A stretch of 40,935 bases of DNA from Aplysia californica. Lineage: Eukaryota. Numbering within the stretch: the stretch's first letter is position 1; each line of letters starts with the position of its first letter. The stretch covers positions 410,704 through 451,638 of the forward strand of contig NW_004797525.1 in NCBI RefSeq assembly GCF_000002075.1, written 5' to 3'. Below the pieces are notes generated by a model that worked only from the letters and a program-made list of their open reading frames with translations, did not search any database and was not told where the DNA came from. The translations under genes were made by a program, and so were the position numbers. This document shows positions 22,370 to 33,708 of the stretch, in pieces.

Positions 22370-24193
22370 TCCAGTGTCTGCGAGAGCGCCCTGTGTGCCC
22401 CCGGAAAGCAGCTGGAAGCCAGTGGCCAGTGTTCTACAGCCGTGGATAACATCAGAGGTCTCGGCTACAAGCTGGCAGTCACTCTGACACCAGACGACAT
22501 CGACAATTTCGGCGAGGACCTCTTAACTCCCATACGTCTTTTGATGATCAGTAGATTAGAAGATCCACTCAGTGAACATGAAACACAAATCAATTTCACA
22601 CTTTATGTCAAATCATGCGATGCTCATGAAGCTAATGACGTTCCAATCCTAAAATCGGTCAGTTTCACTTCGTATATCATTAATCGTAGTAAAATGAGCA
22701 GAGACGATACTGAGAAAAAGATGCTAGATATGGTAAGTAAACAGTGGGATGTGCATGTTGATTATCTGAATGAAACGTTTTTTACTCTCAAGCCAAAGAT
22801 TGTAGGCTATAGTCTCCACGAGCGTCGGTCTCATTCTGTGTCTCAGAACTGTAGTCCTGTAGAATTGTCATTCTTCAAACCTTCATACCGTGCAGAAGTT
22901 TATGGATGGCAACCTAACTTTTCATCGACAATTATACCTAATGTAACTTCCAGTTCGCCACTCACTTTGCCTCAAGGCTACTTTGAAGAAAAAACTCTCG
23001 TTCTCACATTTGATTTTGCTGACTTTCACAGGTTTCCAAAGGACCAATGGTCGAATAAGAACGGCTTTATTGACATTACCAGTGCAATCTTTTGCCCGTT
23101 TGTAGAAGTTCGTGTTCTAGAGACCTTAGTTCAAACCACAGAGCAGATCACTTTCCGAATTCGGTTCGAAGACAGGGTGATCGATGTCCTTTATGATAAA
23201 GATAGTGTCACTTACGTGGACGAAGACACGATCCACATTTGTGTTGACAGGTTCAAAGAGCTCATCAAACTTCCCAAGACACGCGCCAGTTCCTACGAGA
23301 CAGCTGAGAGAGTCCATTACTATTTTGAAGTGTCTTGCTTCAGCGTGTCCACGGCTTGCCTCATTCTGACGTTGTTGACGTACTGTCTGTTCCCTGGTCT
23401 CCGCTCTGTCCCCGGCAAAAACAACATGGCTCTTTGCCTCTCCCTGGCCCTCGCCCAGATCTCTCTCCTCGTCTCTGTTGAGCCCGGGGCTCGTGGATGG
23501 CTCCCTCCCATCGCGTGCGCGACCAACGCCCTACTGGTGCACTTCGCTTGGCTCTCAGCTTTCGCCTGGATGAGTGTGTGTTGTTTCCACATGTACCGGG
23601 TGTTCAGTTCTTCCACTGCTCCCTCCCACGTCTCTGCACACTCCAACAAGCGACGCTATCGATACTACTTCCTGATCGCACACGGTTCCTCCTGTCTGCT
23701 GGTTCTCGCTACAGTTCTTGTCCACTTGTCTTTGACGGGCGGATGCTCCTACGGCTACGACACCGTCACGTGTTTTCTGGACACCTCCGGTTCCGGTGTG
23801 TCGTTTGTGTTGTCCCTGCTGGTGCCTCTGTGTGCCATGATCGTGTGTAACACCGTCCTGTTCTCACTGACCGTGTGGCACATCGTGCAAGTCACTCGTC
23901 TGCAGCAGCACAGCCGTGTGTCCGACAGGCGGAGGGTCATGACCTACGTCAAGTTGTCCACTGTCACCGGACTCTTCTGGGCTCTGGCCATCTTGTCTGT
24001 GCGGCTGGACTACACTGCCCTCAACTTTCTCACTTCGGCTCTCGTCGCTTTGCAAGGCCTGTACATTTTTCTTTCCTTCACTGTCCAAAGGGCAGTTGGT
24101 TTGCTCTATAAAGAACTGATATGGTCAAAACGTGCCCAAGATAACAATTCCAGACCTAACGATCTCGATGGCTCAGTGCCACAGCAACGATAA
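22370..24193 (+). CDS. Paralog C, coding exon 2 (membrane-proximal ectodomain + 7TM class-B/Methuselah-like domain); spliced product ~1,034 aa
   Basis: Acceptor TCTTCAACAG|TCC (AG 22368-22369), phase 0, matching the exon 1 donor. Seven hydrophobic segments with family-B-type motifs: LLTYCLFPGLRSVPGKNNMALCLSLALAQ, CATNALLVHFAWLSAFAWMSV, YG..TCFL, LVPL...CNTVLF, YVKLSTVTGLFW, LQGLYIFLSF. An extra exon inside the N-gap at 22207-22350 cannot be excluded. Confidence 0.9.
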   Translation, partial: SSVCESALCAPGKQLEASGQCSTAVDNIRGLGYKLAVTLTPDDIDNFGEDLLTPIRLLMISRLEDPLSEHETQINFTLYVKSCDAHEANDVPILKSVSFTSYIINRSKMSRDDTEKKMLDMVSKQWDVHVDYLNETFFTLKPKIVGYSLHERRSHSVSQNCSPVELSFFKPSYRAEVYGWQPNFSSTIIPNVTSSSPLTLPQGYFEEKTLVLTFDFADFHRFPKDQWSNKNGFIDITSAIFCPFVEVRVLETLVQTTEQITFRIRFEDRVIDVLYDKDSVTYVDEDTIHICVDRFKELIKLPKTRASSYETAERVHYYFEVSCFSVSTACLILTLLTYCLFPGLRSVPGKNNMALCLSLALAQISLLVSVEPGARGWLPPIACATNALLVHFAWLSAFAWMSVCCFHMYRVFSSSTAPSHVSAHSNKRRYRYYFLIAHGSSCLLVLATVLVHLSLTGGCSYGYDTVTCFLDTSGSGVSFVLSLLVPLCAMIVCNTVLFSLTVWHIVQVTRLQQHSRVSDRRRVMTYVKLSTVTGLFWALAILSVRLDYTALNFLTSALVALQGLYIFLSFTVQRAVGLLYKELIWSKRAQDNNSRPNDLDGSVPQQR

Positions 24194-24749
24194 ATGATGG
24201 AGCTATCGAGTAATATTTTTAGCATGTCCCAAAACGTTAGCAGTGAGGGTGAGGAGGCGAGCTTGGACATCAGTAAAACACAGTAAGGCAACTCCTTTAC
24301 ACAAGAGTTACAGTGATTCTAGCTAGAAATTTAATCTTCCCAAAAAATGGAGGCTGATGAAGGCGGCCGCAAGTTTCCTTCTGTAGTGTCGTGGTTTTTT
24401 TAGTCAGCCATGATTTCGTAATTTTGTTTCGTTTATCCAGCCTTTTTTATTTTTAACCATTTCAAAACATTCACAATTGAGCTCTACTTCCTATTAATAA
24501 TATTCTACTTTATGAAAGTTAATGTAATAGGAACACATTTTTTATTTGCTTGATTTTCGTTTTTTCCATCATTTCTTTTTCAACATAACATGGGGAAATC
24601 GTGGAATCTCCCCGGATACCTCAGGCTATTTGTTCGCGACTTTTCGGGGCGTCAAAGACATGTTTTTATTTCCCCATTGACCTGAACAATTTAGATTGTT
24701 GGGGGATGTTTCGACCCTGTCCTAGATAGAAGAGGGACTGGGCTTTTTT

Positions 24750-25255
24750 TTTAGTTTAGTTTAGTACAGAGTTTTACTGCACTCGCAACCGTGTATGGTC
24801 ATATGTGTTGTTTGCATTCACGGCCCAATTCCGGTCAATATTCGATATAAAATGCTAAAAATTCGTGGTTAAAAAATTCCTGTTTTAAAATGATATTTAA
24901 AATTTTAACAACGGTTTCTGCAATTTACTGTCAAGGCCAATGGCCGTTATAAAATCAAGAATTCTGCTGGGATCAACGACAAAGAACAGAACTTTTTTTT
25001 TTTCATTTAAAAGACTTCTCTGGGGTCTCTTCGAGGTCTAGGCATTTTGTTTAGATATACGTCTAATGGTAAAATCTGTGTCGCATCCGACACAGAATGG
25101 TTTCTCATCTCCCTGAGGGACGTATTTGTGTGTCAGGGAAGTGTGTCCGAAGCATAATCGAGTAAAAATGACTTCGTATCTTCTGGAGAGACCTGAATAT
25201 TTTTGTGGACCCAATTTGGGCATGATATTGTGGAGTTTGCTGTTAATGTGTTTCT
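24750..25255 (-). mobile_element. 5'-truncated I/Nimb-like LINE 3' end (post-RNase H zinc-knuckle region plus 3' terminus)
   Basis: RRYEVIFTRLCFGHTSLTHKYV...KPFCVGCDTDFTIRRI resembles the RLRIGH...CxxC-H motif. Terminal ATATGACC.TA..GTTGCGAGTGCAGTAAAAC with a (TAAAC)n tail. Confidence 0.7.
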
Positions 25256-25259
25256 TTCA

Positions 25260-25600
25260 AATATAGACACACAGTCCTGGAAGACAGACTGAGATAGACA
25301 CACAGTCCTGACAGATAGACTGAGATGAACACACAGTCCTAGGAGACAGAGTGAGATAGACACACAGTCCTAGGAGACAGACTAAGATAAACACACAGTC
25401 CTAGGAGACAGATTGAGATAAACACACATACATAGGAGACAGACTGAGAAAGACACACAGTCCTAGGAGACAGACTGAGATAGACACACAGTCCTAGGAG
25501 ACAGACTAAGATAAACACACAGTCCAAGGAGACAGACTGAGATAGACACAAAGACTTAGAAGACAGACTGAGACAGACACACAGCTCTAGACATGCAGTC
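25260..25600. repeat. 31-bp minisatellite (GAGATAGACACACAGTCCTAGGAGACAGACT), ~11 units
   Basis: Unit starts at 25291, 25322, 25353, ... 25570 (31-bp period). Confidence 0.95.
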
Positions 25601-26805
25601 CTGACACTGGTGTACTCAATGAACGTCCCCACACAGCAATCTATCTCACGTCTTATGTGTGTACACGACAACACCAGACGTTTGACCTCACCTGAAAGAA
25701 AAAGAACAAACTCACAAACAAGCACACACACAAAAAAATGAAAACCAAAAAAAACAAAAACCTGAAAAAAACCCCGAACAAACAAACAAAACAGAACATA
25801 ATATAATAACACTGTCCACAACATCAATTTTTTAAACGATTTTTTAAAAAGAATGTTTTTGTATTGTGTTCCTTCAAAGTATGTTACGCATAAATACATA
25901 TATGTACGGATCATTATTAATCGTTATTTGTATATTGCTGAAGTCTCTTATTCTTTTTTGCTTCATGCAGTACATGATTAATGTTTGTTTTGTGTGTATT
26001 CTCGACTTCAAATAATTGTGCTGCACCCAGACCATAATGTTTCCTACTACTACTACNNNNNNNNNNNNNNNNNNNNNNNNNNNNNNNNNNNNNNNNNNNN
26101 NNNNNNNNNNNNNNNNNNNNNNNNNNNNNNNNNNNNNNNNNNNNNNNNNNNNNNNNNNNNNNNNNNNNNNNNNNNNNNNNNNNNNNNNNNNNNNNNNNNN
26201 NNNNNNNNNNNNNNNNNNNNNNNNNNNNNNNNNNNNNNNNNNNNNNNNNNNNNNNNNNNNNNNNNNNNNNNNNNNNNNNNNNNNNNNNNNNNNNNNNNNN
26301 NNNNNNNNNNNNNNNNNNNNNNNNNNNNNNNNNNNNNNNNNNNNNNNNNNNNNNNNNNNNNNNNNNNNNNNNNNNNNNNNNNNNNNNNNNNNNNNNNNNN
26401 NNNNNNNNNNNNNNNNNNNNNNGCTTTTGCTGCTATTACTATTACAGTCAACACATGCGTTACATGATGATGATGGCTTACAATCATAATATTACTGTGG
26501 GTACAAAAATATATAAGACATGTAATTCTTCACAGTTTCTCAGTACATTTTTTGTCCGTACTTTTTTGTAACGACAAAAACTGGTTACAACCTTAGCTTA
26601 GACTGCTACACACTGAACGATACAGCCCACAATATTGTGACAGTTATTGAAAGGGATTTTTTAAAACCTTCTGCTTTACGTCACAGTATAAAATGTCCCT
26701 GCTGATTTAACGGGCTATGCAATTTGTTATCCGTGGAAGCTTTTGTACAATGTTGTACTTCGATACTCGGTGCATTCTGTGAGCTGTTAGGTTTTTGACA
26801 TATCA

Positions 26806-26866
26806 TACTTTACTTTACTTTACTTTACTTTACTTTACTTTACTTTACTTTACTTTACTTTACTTT
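26806..26866. repeat. (TACTT)n microsatellite
   Basis: Directly visible. Confidence 0.95.
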
Positions 26867-29511
26867 TCCGATCCAGCGGCCATTTGGGTTCTAGCCCTTT
26901 GGTCTGATTTTGACATATCGTAAGATGAAGTCTTTTTTTTATAATTATAAGTGTTTTTCGTGGTACGTTTGGTGGTATAACTAGCCTATTTATACGCTGT
27001 GTTATTCATGCATTTGTTTGGGAAAGGAAATTGGGGAGGAAGGAAAGGTTTAGGAGGGGGGGGGTGGATGGGGGGTTCCTTAAAGAGAATCACATTAGGG
27101 ATTGATTGCCTGCAAACCTGTACTGTAACCTTTTTTTTTTCTTGCCGGAGTATGGTTCCTCTTTTGTTAACAATACTTACCTTGTGTTCTAAGAGCGTTA
27201 TTTCAGCTTCCTAAAATAGTCTTTCTTTGAAAATGTTTTTGCTATTATTTTGACCCTCTTTTTGTTAAAGAGTTATTAGGTTTTTGTTTGTTATTGTTTT
27301 GTTTTCTAATGTGTTGAAATAGTTTTAGGAACAGTGTTAGACCTACAACAAGTATTTGTCAACGAATCCTGGGGTGAAATTGAAAAGTGCATTTTAAAAT
27401 ACCTTAAATTATCGAGTCTAATGTATGTATGTAGTATATGGTTTTACGGCGCTCGCAACTGCTAAGGTCATATGAGCGCGCGATCTAGTCTAAAGCAAAA
27501 AATCAACTTTGACAGAAAAAAGTGAAACTATCCAGTTAGGATAATATCACAGAATTCTACACTTATAGAACGGGCACTGTACCACGTGACCTGTGAGGAA
27601 TTGAAGACCGAAAACAATGATGTAGTGAGGGCAAGATTTATCGTTTTCGGAAGTAACCCTATAGCTTTTAAAGCAAGAGGGGCTTTTACAAAAGAGTGAA
27701 AAGTGGAACATTTACTGTCTAGTTTGTAATTTTGAGTTCCAGAATTCACTGTGCAACCTGTAGATTGGAATTATGGTTTAAATTTTGGTGGTTTTGAGTG
27801 CAACAACAGAAAAAGCAGTAGTAAAAATAAGATCTACAGAACTGTACAAAAAAAAATCGTAACGCGGAAGGGATTGTTCCCAGCACTTCCAGCTTCCCAC
27901 ACACATTTTGCATACGCATATGGCCTACGTCATTTTTAGTAGCAAAACGTGTTACAAGAAATTGTTATTACACTGAACATATTTTTTCTCTAGATCTAAT
28001 TAATGTTCTCAAAACATGCGTTCAACAATTAGCCTTATGTCGCCAGCAGAAGTAGAAAAAAGGACGGATTGGCTTTTAAAAGAGATGTTGCTCCAGCTGT
28101 AAACTTTTAAATATCTGTAGAAACCATGGACTTGGATTTAAAAACAAAATATTAATATAATTTATTAAAGAATTTTCTTTAAATAAATTTTTAGAATAAC
28201 ATATGTGTACAATTTAATGTTTGAAAAAATACTCATCTGTTAAGATGAATTGATATAAGAATCTAGATCTAAGTCATTGTGCAAAAGTTGGAGAATCTAT
28301 GTTGGATAGTTCATGAGATATTTGATAATACGTTGCGCTACATATTTTTGACCGCACGCTATAGTAGAGATGGCGTATCATTTTCATCCGAAACATTAGT
28401 TTCCGCATCCATACACCTCTTTTGGCCTTTATAAGCACATTTACTTAAATTTTGTTACTTTCATAAATTGTGTTTAAAAGCATTTTCAATTCCTTTCACT
28501 TTCACTTCCCACGCGCAATCACATATTATGATACAATTGAAGATTCCAGATCGGAAGAATGTATTTATTAAATAGCGTATAGTGCAGAGTTAGCCAATTC
28601 ATTGCAATGCGCGCTATTATCAATTATTGAATTGTTACAGGACTTCGATTTGATCCGTAACATGAGACCCCTCATTTTTTTCTTATACGTGTTCATGAAT
28701 GTGTGTTTGTTTACTGTGTACGGGGCTTACAGGGGGGGGGGGGGGGGGCAAGCCCATCCCCTCGACATGTGATCTCAGAGTATGGGGATACATTTTTCTC
28801 AAAATGCAGAAAACTCTGAAATTCTTGACCAGTGATCACTCGCCATGGAACAATTTCTGTTGCGACTGTAGACACAAGTTTCTTCATTATCACCTCTGAA
28901 TGAGCCTATCATTCATGCATTAGAAACCACACTCTCAACACACACACAACAGTGAGTTTGAACATATATTCAGGAAACATGCCAGATCCACTATTGTTTA
29001 CTTTGTTTTGCAATAGATTCTATTGGTTTTTATGTGTAAAACAATATTGGGGTATTTTCTGCATTTTTCTGTTTTTTGGCAGCATGTGTAATAGGCGTAT
29101 GTATTTTATGTAGCAACCGACACATTCTCCAATTTAATCTCTTGTATTTGTTAGACTCGCATGTACTTTAAACAAAGCATGTTGTACACACTATATTGCA
29201 CTGATGTAAACATAGAGGTGAATTTTTAAAGTGAGAAATAATACACGTCCTCAATATAAGCTCAATTTATTAATCTCTTTCTAATAAATTGGAGAAAAGG
29301 CCTATAATATTATTCTTTTTTTCCCCCTTGCTGTGGATGGCCTTATGTTTAATGACACGTAATTGTAATGAGCATGTTACTGTCCGCGTCCCCTTTATCG
29401 TTGTACTAATCAAGACTATATCTAGATATTTTGCCAACAGAATAAATGTTCACAATTAGCCTATTGTTATTATCAAGTGTATTGTGAGTGTGAAGATCTA
29501 GTAGTGTTGCT

Positions 29512-29907
29512 CTTGGGCGCCGAGTAAGAGACCATCAGCCACCCCCAAACAATGTGGATGAACTCTTCAACATTTTGGACCAAGAATGGCAAGCCATTCG
29601 AAAACTGACGTAGCGAACACTTATTCAATCCATGAGACAAAGATGCAATCACTGTTTTCTTGCAAATGGTGGCCATCCGGGATTTTGAGCCCTAATTGTT
29701 TATGATGGTTGTGATATGAATTTTTAAAACATGGGTTACCTCCTTCAACATCTGAAATTACCCATTTTCCTTTTTAAAGTATGGAAAATGTCGTTTGCAA
29801 AAGGTGATATGATGAATAAAGACTCTCAAACAATTTTGAACCGTGTCATGTTTTTCTGTTTTATGTACTATGTGTAACTTTAAGTGGTCCTTATCTCTTT
29901 TGAGTAG
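29512..29907 (+). mobile_element. 3' remnant of a Tc1-like transposon (transposase C-terminus plus right end)
   Basis: Frame from 29512: LGRRVRDHQPPPNNVDELFNILDQEWQAIRKLT*RTLIQSMRQRCNHCFLANGGHPGF*, typical of the Tc1 transposase C-terminus. Ends ...CTTTTGAGTAG|TATA. Confidence 0.75.
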
Positions 29908-32074
29908 TATATATTCATTCCATCTTTCTGTCTATAAAATGTTACGTAGACGTTTTGTTTGAAAGATTTTAATTTTAATAGAATTGCTTTGTTTGCCTTT
30001 CCATATCTCTAGCCCATAAATCAGTACCGCTAAAACATTGTTGTTGTTGTTGTTGCTAGAAGCTCTCCTAAAACATTGGTGGAAGTCATTCCTTATGAGT
30101 TAACTTCATAATACGATTATTTGAGAGACATCATGGTGAAATTGGGCCAAAATAATGAAGTCACAGAAAACGGCATTTGCTGTTGGCTATTTTTTTTCGA
30201 ATTTTCTTTTTTCTTTTTTTTCTTTTTTTTCTGAAAACCTTTTATGTCCCAATTAAAAACCCAATGTTTGTGTGTGCAAGTGGCTGAAAAGCGTTGACCA
30301 AAGGCATACAAAGGTAAATAATGTGTAGTTTTCAAGGACACTCAAGCTTTGGAAGTCACCAAACTTTGGTGGCCGTTTTCTCGCTAATCCTACCTCTGAC
30401 AGGCGTCCCACACCTCCTTCAATCGTAAATATCTCGACTTCTGTTCAAGAAAGATAGGTATTTTTAAAAATCAAAAGCAAGACAATTGAATATAAACTCC
30501 CTTTGGTGGTACAAATAACTCCATAAACTGAGAATGAGACGAACGTCTGACTTCACGGCATCGTATCACATTTTGTCCCCTGTGACCAAACCAATTTATT
30601 TTATCTCCTATTTTCAATCTTCCTCTTGTTCCTTCCCGTGGCATACACCAAGAGACCATGAATCAAATCATTGACGTTTTCTACGCCTTTCTCTTTGTAC
30701 GCTGGTGGTCACAAAACCCTTCTAGTTTTCTCGTTTTTAACGTTCGAGAATATTACATTTCTGCCCTCTTCGCATTGCTCGTTTGACAGCCATTGTGAGT
30801 ACTGCAGGCTTTTCATGTTCTCCTGTGGTTGTGGGATTGGGGTGGGGGTTGTTTTGTTTTGGGTTTTTGTGTGTTTGTTTTTGTTTTTGTTGTTTTTGTG
30901 ATTGGCTTTGTTATGAACATTTTATAAAGGAGGCTCAGCTTTCGAGTCCGAGGCATGTGTCATTTTTCTCGTCCTATCAGCCTTTGCCATCATTAAAATC
31001 TTGATTAATTTTGGGGACTGTGTTTACTGTTTGTTGTTCAGCTATTGATTGGAAGGATGGACCCGGTGTCGGTTGCTGGGAGCAGCTTACAGTGTACCGT
31101 CTGCCATTCCAGGAGGAACGACGAGCTCAGCGCACGGGCATGTGACTGTTCTACAACCAAGGTTTAACGCCTCCTGCACCACTGAAAAGTTATAGAAGTG
31201 TTGGGACCTCCGAGTTTAACGTCCATCTCAGATAGGACCAAAGCAAAGACGGAATATTAAGTTGCATAATGTGTCTTTATCAAAAACGCAATTCTGGACG
31301 CAGCTGTTACTCTAACTGCAGAACCAGCGATCTCAGGATTATGTGTTCAGTGCCCTAACTACTAGACTAGTGAACTCATTACCGAACAACGGGAGTTGCA
31401 GTCTCTTCTCACGCACGACGTTCGTTTATTGCGAGTTATATTGGTCTAGCGAGAACAGATTTACAGAAGTTCACATAAATTGTGGAGAACTGCGATTCTG
31501 GAAGCAATATCGCTCGCAAACCTTGAGTTGGCCGCATTTCTTACTCTGGTGAATCCCATCCTTAGGCTTTTGACAAATACTGATTGTTTGTTGGTGCTTG
31601 TTTGAGTTAAGAGAAGCACATCGGAGCAATCACATATCATTCAATACATGGGAAAAAGCAACAGAGATACAGGAAGTAAAGAAGGAGGATAATATGAAGA
31701 ATGAGTTAGTGGTGGTGTGATCTTCTGGTTCTCGGAAGACACCGGACGGTGCGACATAACTCTCTGCCTGGATTACGTTGTATCTTTCCCCATGTGTTAA
31801 TTATTTTGTTTCTTTCCATATGTGTTAATCACTTTGCTCCGGGGGAGGGCCAAGTCCAACAGCCTGCTGAGAACCGAGTCTGTCGTGTCGGAAGTTGGCG
31901 ACCACTGAGTCTTTGTCTCTCTGAGGGAAATATTCCAGGAATTGTTCCAGACAGGACGAGAGGAATGAAATTCGAGCCCCAGCCGACGTTCTGCATCGGA
32001 CTTTTGTGTGCTGTAAATTTGGCACCAAACTGTGTCTGTCTTTGCTTTGACACAACCACCTACAAAAAGAAACA

Positions 32075-33289
32075 ATGAAGCTTCCTTTCGTTTTGTCATA
32101 CCCTTTTTCCGTCGCGCTGCTTTTTAGAATATTGTGTATAACTCGTGTTGATGGTTCTGTTGGTTATTGGTATTATGATCAGCAGCCTCCACCATTCTAT
32201 TTTGATCAGGATTACGATGGGAACCAGACAGTGTTCGAGTGGGAGGTTGGAGTAACTAGCGGGTTAGAATTTCATCTTGAATATTGTCAGCAAAGTTGTC
32301 CTTCTGAACTCCAGACCTTGTTCCTGTTATCGACCGCCTCCTGCGGCCCTTGCTCGTGCTCCCAGTCCTGCTCTCTGTACGGAACCTGCTGTCCTTCCAA
32401 GTACCGAGAATGGGCGGAAAACATTTTTAGCGTCGTAGACAGGAACCTGGAAAATCTGACGACAGCGGAGCAAGATGGAGATGGAATTTCCTCTGATGAC
32501 AAAGGTCTGTTTGATATCTTGCAGCGTCCTGACTGCTCGCGATTAGATTTCTATCCCCACGACGTGTTTGCACGGACAGTCTGTCCCGAGAGGGAATCTA
32601 ACGCCACGTTACGACACCTGTGTGAGAAAAGTCCGTGTGATTCTCTCCGCAGTTGTACCCCCGTCCGACAAAGAGACAGCGGCACCGTGTACAAAAACGT
32701 GTTCTGTCTCGTGTGTAACACACTACACGTCGGCGACCACCACCACGAGCTCGGTGACCTCGGAGTGACCCCTTCCTACAACACCAGAGGCGACCACAAT
32801 ACGGAATATGTTGAGGGGACTCTCGAAATCACCTGTGAACATTACCAGACGTTGTATAGCGTTATGTCGGAGGATGAACTTTTTCACGAAGTGCTCAAAA
32901 GACCCCACAATTGTAGCATAAAACATTCAAATCTTTCTATGATAGAAAAGTGCGATCCAGAATTCTACATTTTCCCGTCCAACATCAAACCACCGCAGTC
33001 GTGCGTAATCAATGACCGGAAACTTGAACAGTATTGCCAACATATAACACACCCTGCATTCAGAACAAACCGAGATGGTTTGAATCTGTTCTGTTTACTT
33101 TGTCAAGGGTTGACTCTCGAATTAGGACAAGCTATTTTATATCCTCCTTCCAGAACGACGCCTCATCCTCCTCCTGGATATCTCATCCCTCCCCTGAAAT
33201 TGCTGCTTGGCGTAACAAAGAAACCCTTTGATCTTGAGACTGCTCAAAATGAGTGCTCCAACACCACATGGAGAAAAAATGTCAACCAG
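32075..33289 (+). CDS. Paralog D, coding exon 1 (signal peptide + Cys-rich ectodomain, 405 codons)
   Basis: Open frame from ATG 32075 to ...WRKNVNQ; donor CAG|GTGAGC at 33290; phase 0. Confidence 0.9.
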
Positions 33290-33708
33290 GTGAGCAATTA
33301 TCAGATTCGTTGAAATGATTACCACTCCCCCCCCCCCCCCCCCCCCCCCGTGCTGAGTGGGACACAGCACAGCAGCATACAGACGTGGATAGTCGCCCAA
33401 AGAAATGTTCCCTGTGTGGGAATCGAACTCACATCTTTGGCGTGTCACGGCCATCCTGTGATATTAATTTTTCTCTTTGGCTGATGAAAAGGGGACGTTG
33501 TATTTCAGGAGGCATTGTAGGTTAGCGTAATTGTGAAAAAAATACAACAGAAAAAAAACTATAACCAATATTTATGTAGTTTTGAAAACGTGAAAGTTAC
33601 TGGGTGTCTAAATGAAAAAGTGGACCAACTAATAAGTAATTTTTTAATTTCCATTTTGTGGAATAATATAAAGACGATTTCGCAAAATGTCCCAGTATTT
33701 TTTTGTTC

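Noticed and set aside
23320-23850. Antisense and alternative-frame ORFs conserved between C and D (e.g. 23320-23649 and 38835-39164)
   Set aside because: Conservation follows from the near-identical DNA of the GPCR exon; no independent coding evidence.
25339-25914. 191-aa hydrophobic, Cys-rich minus-strand ORF
   Set aside because: Made of low-complexity T-rich sequence and the 31-bp minisatellite.
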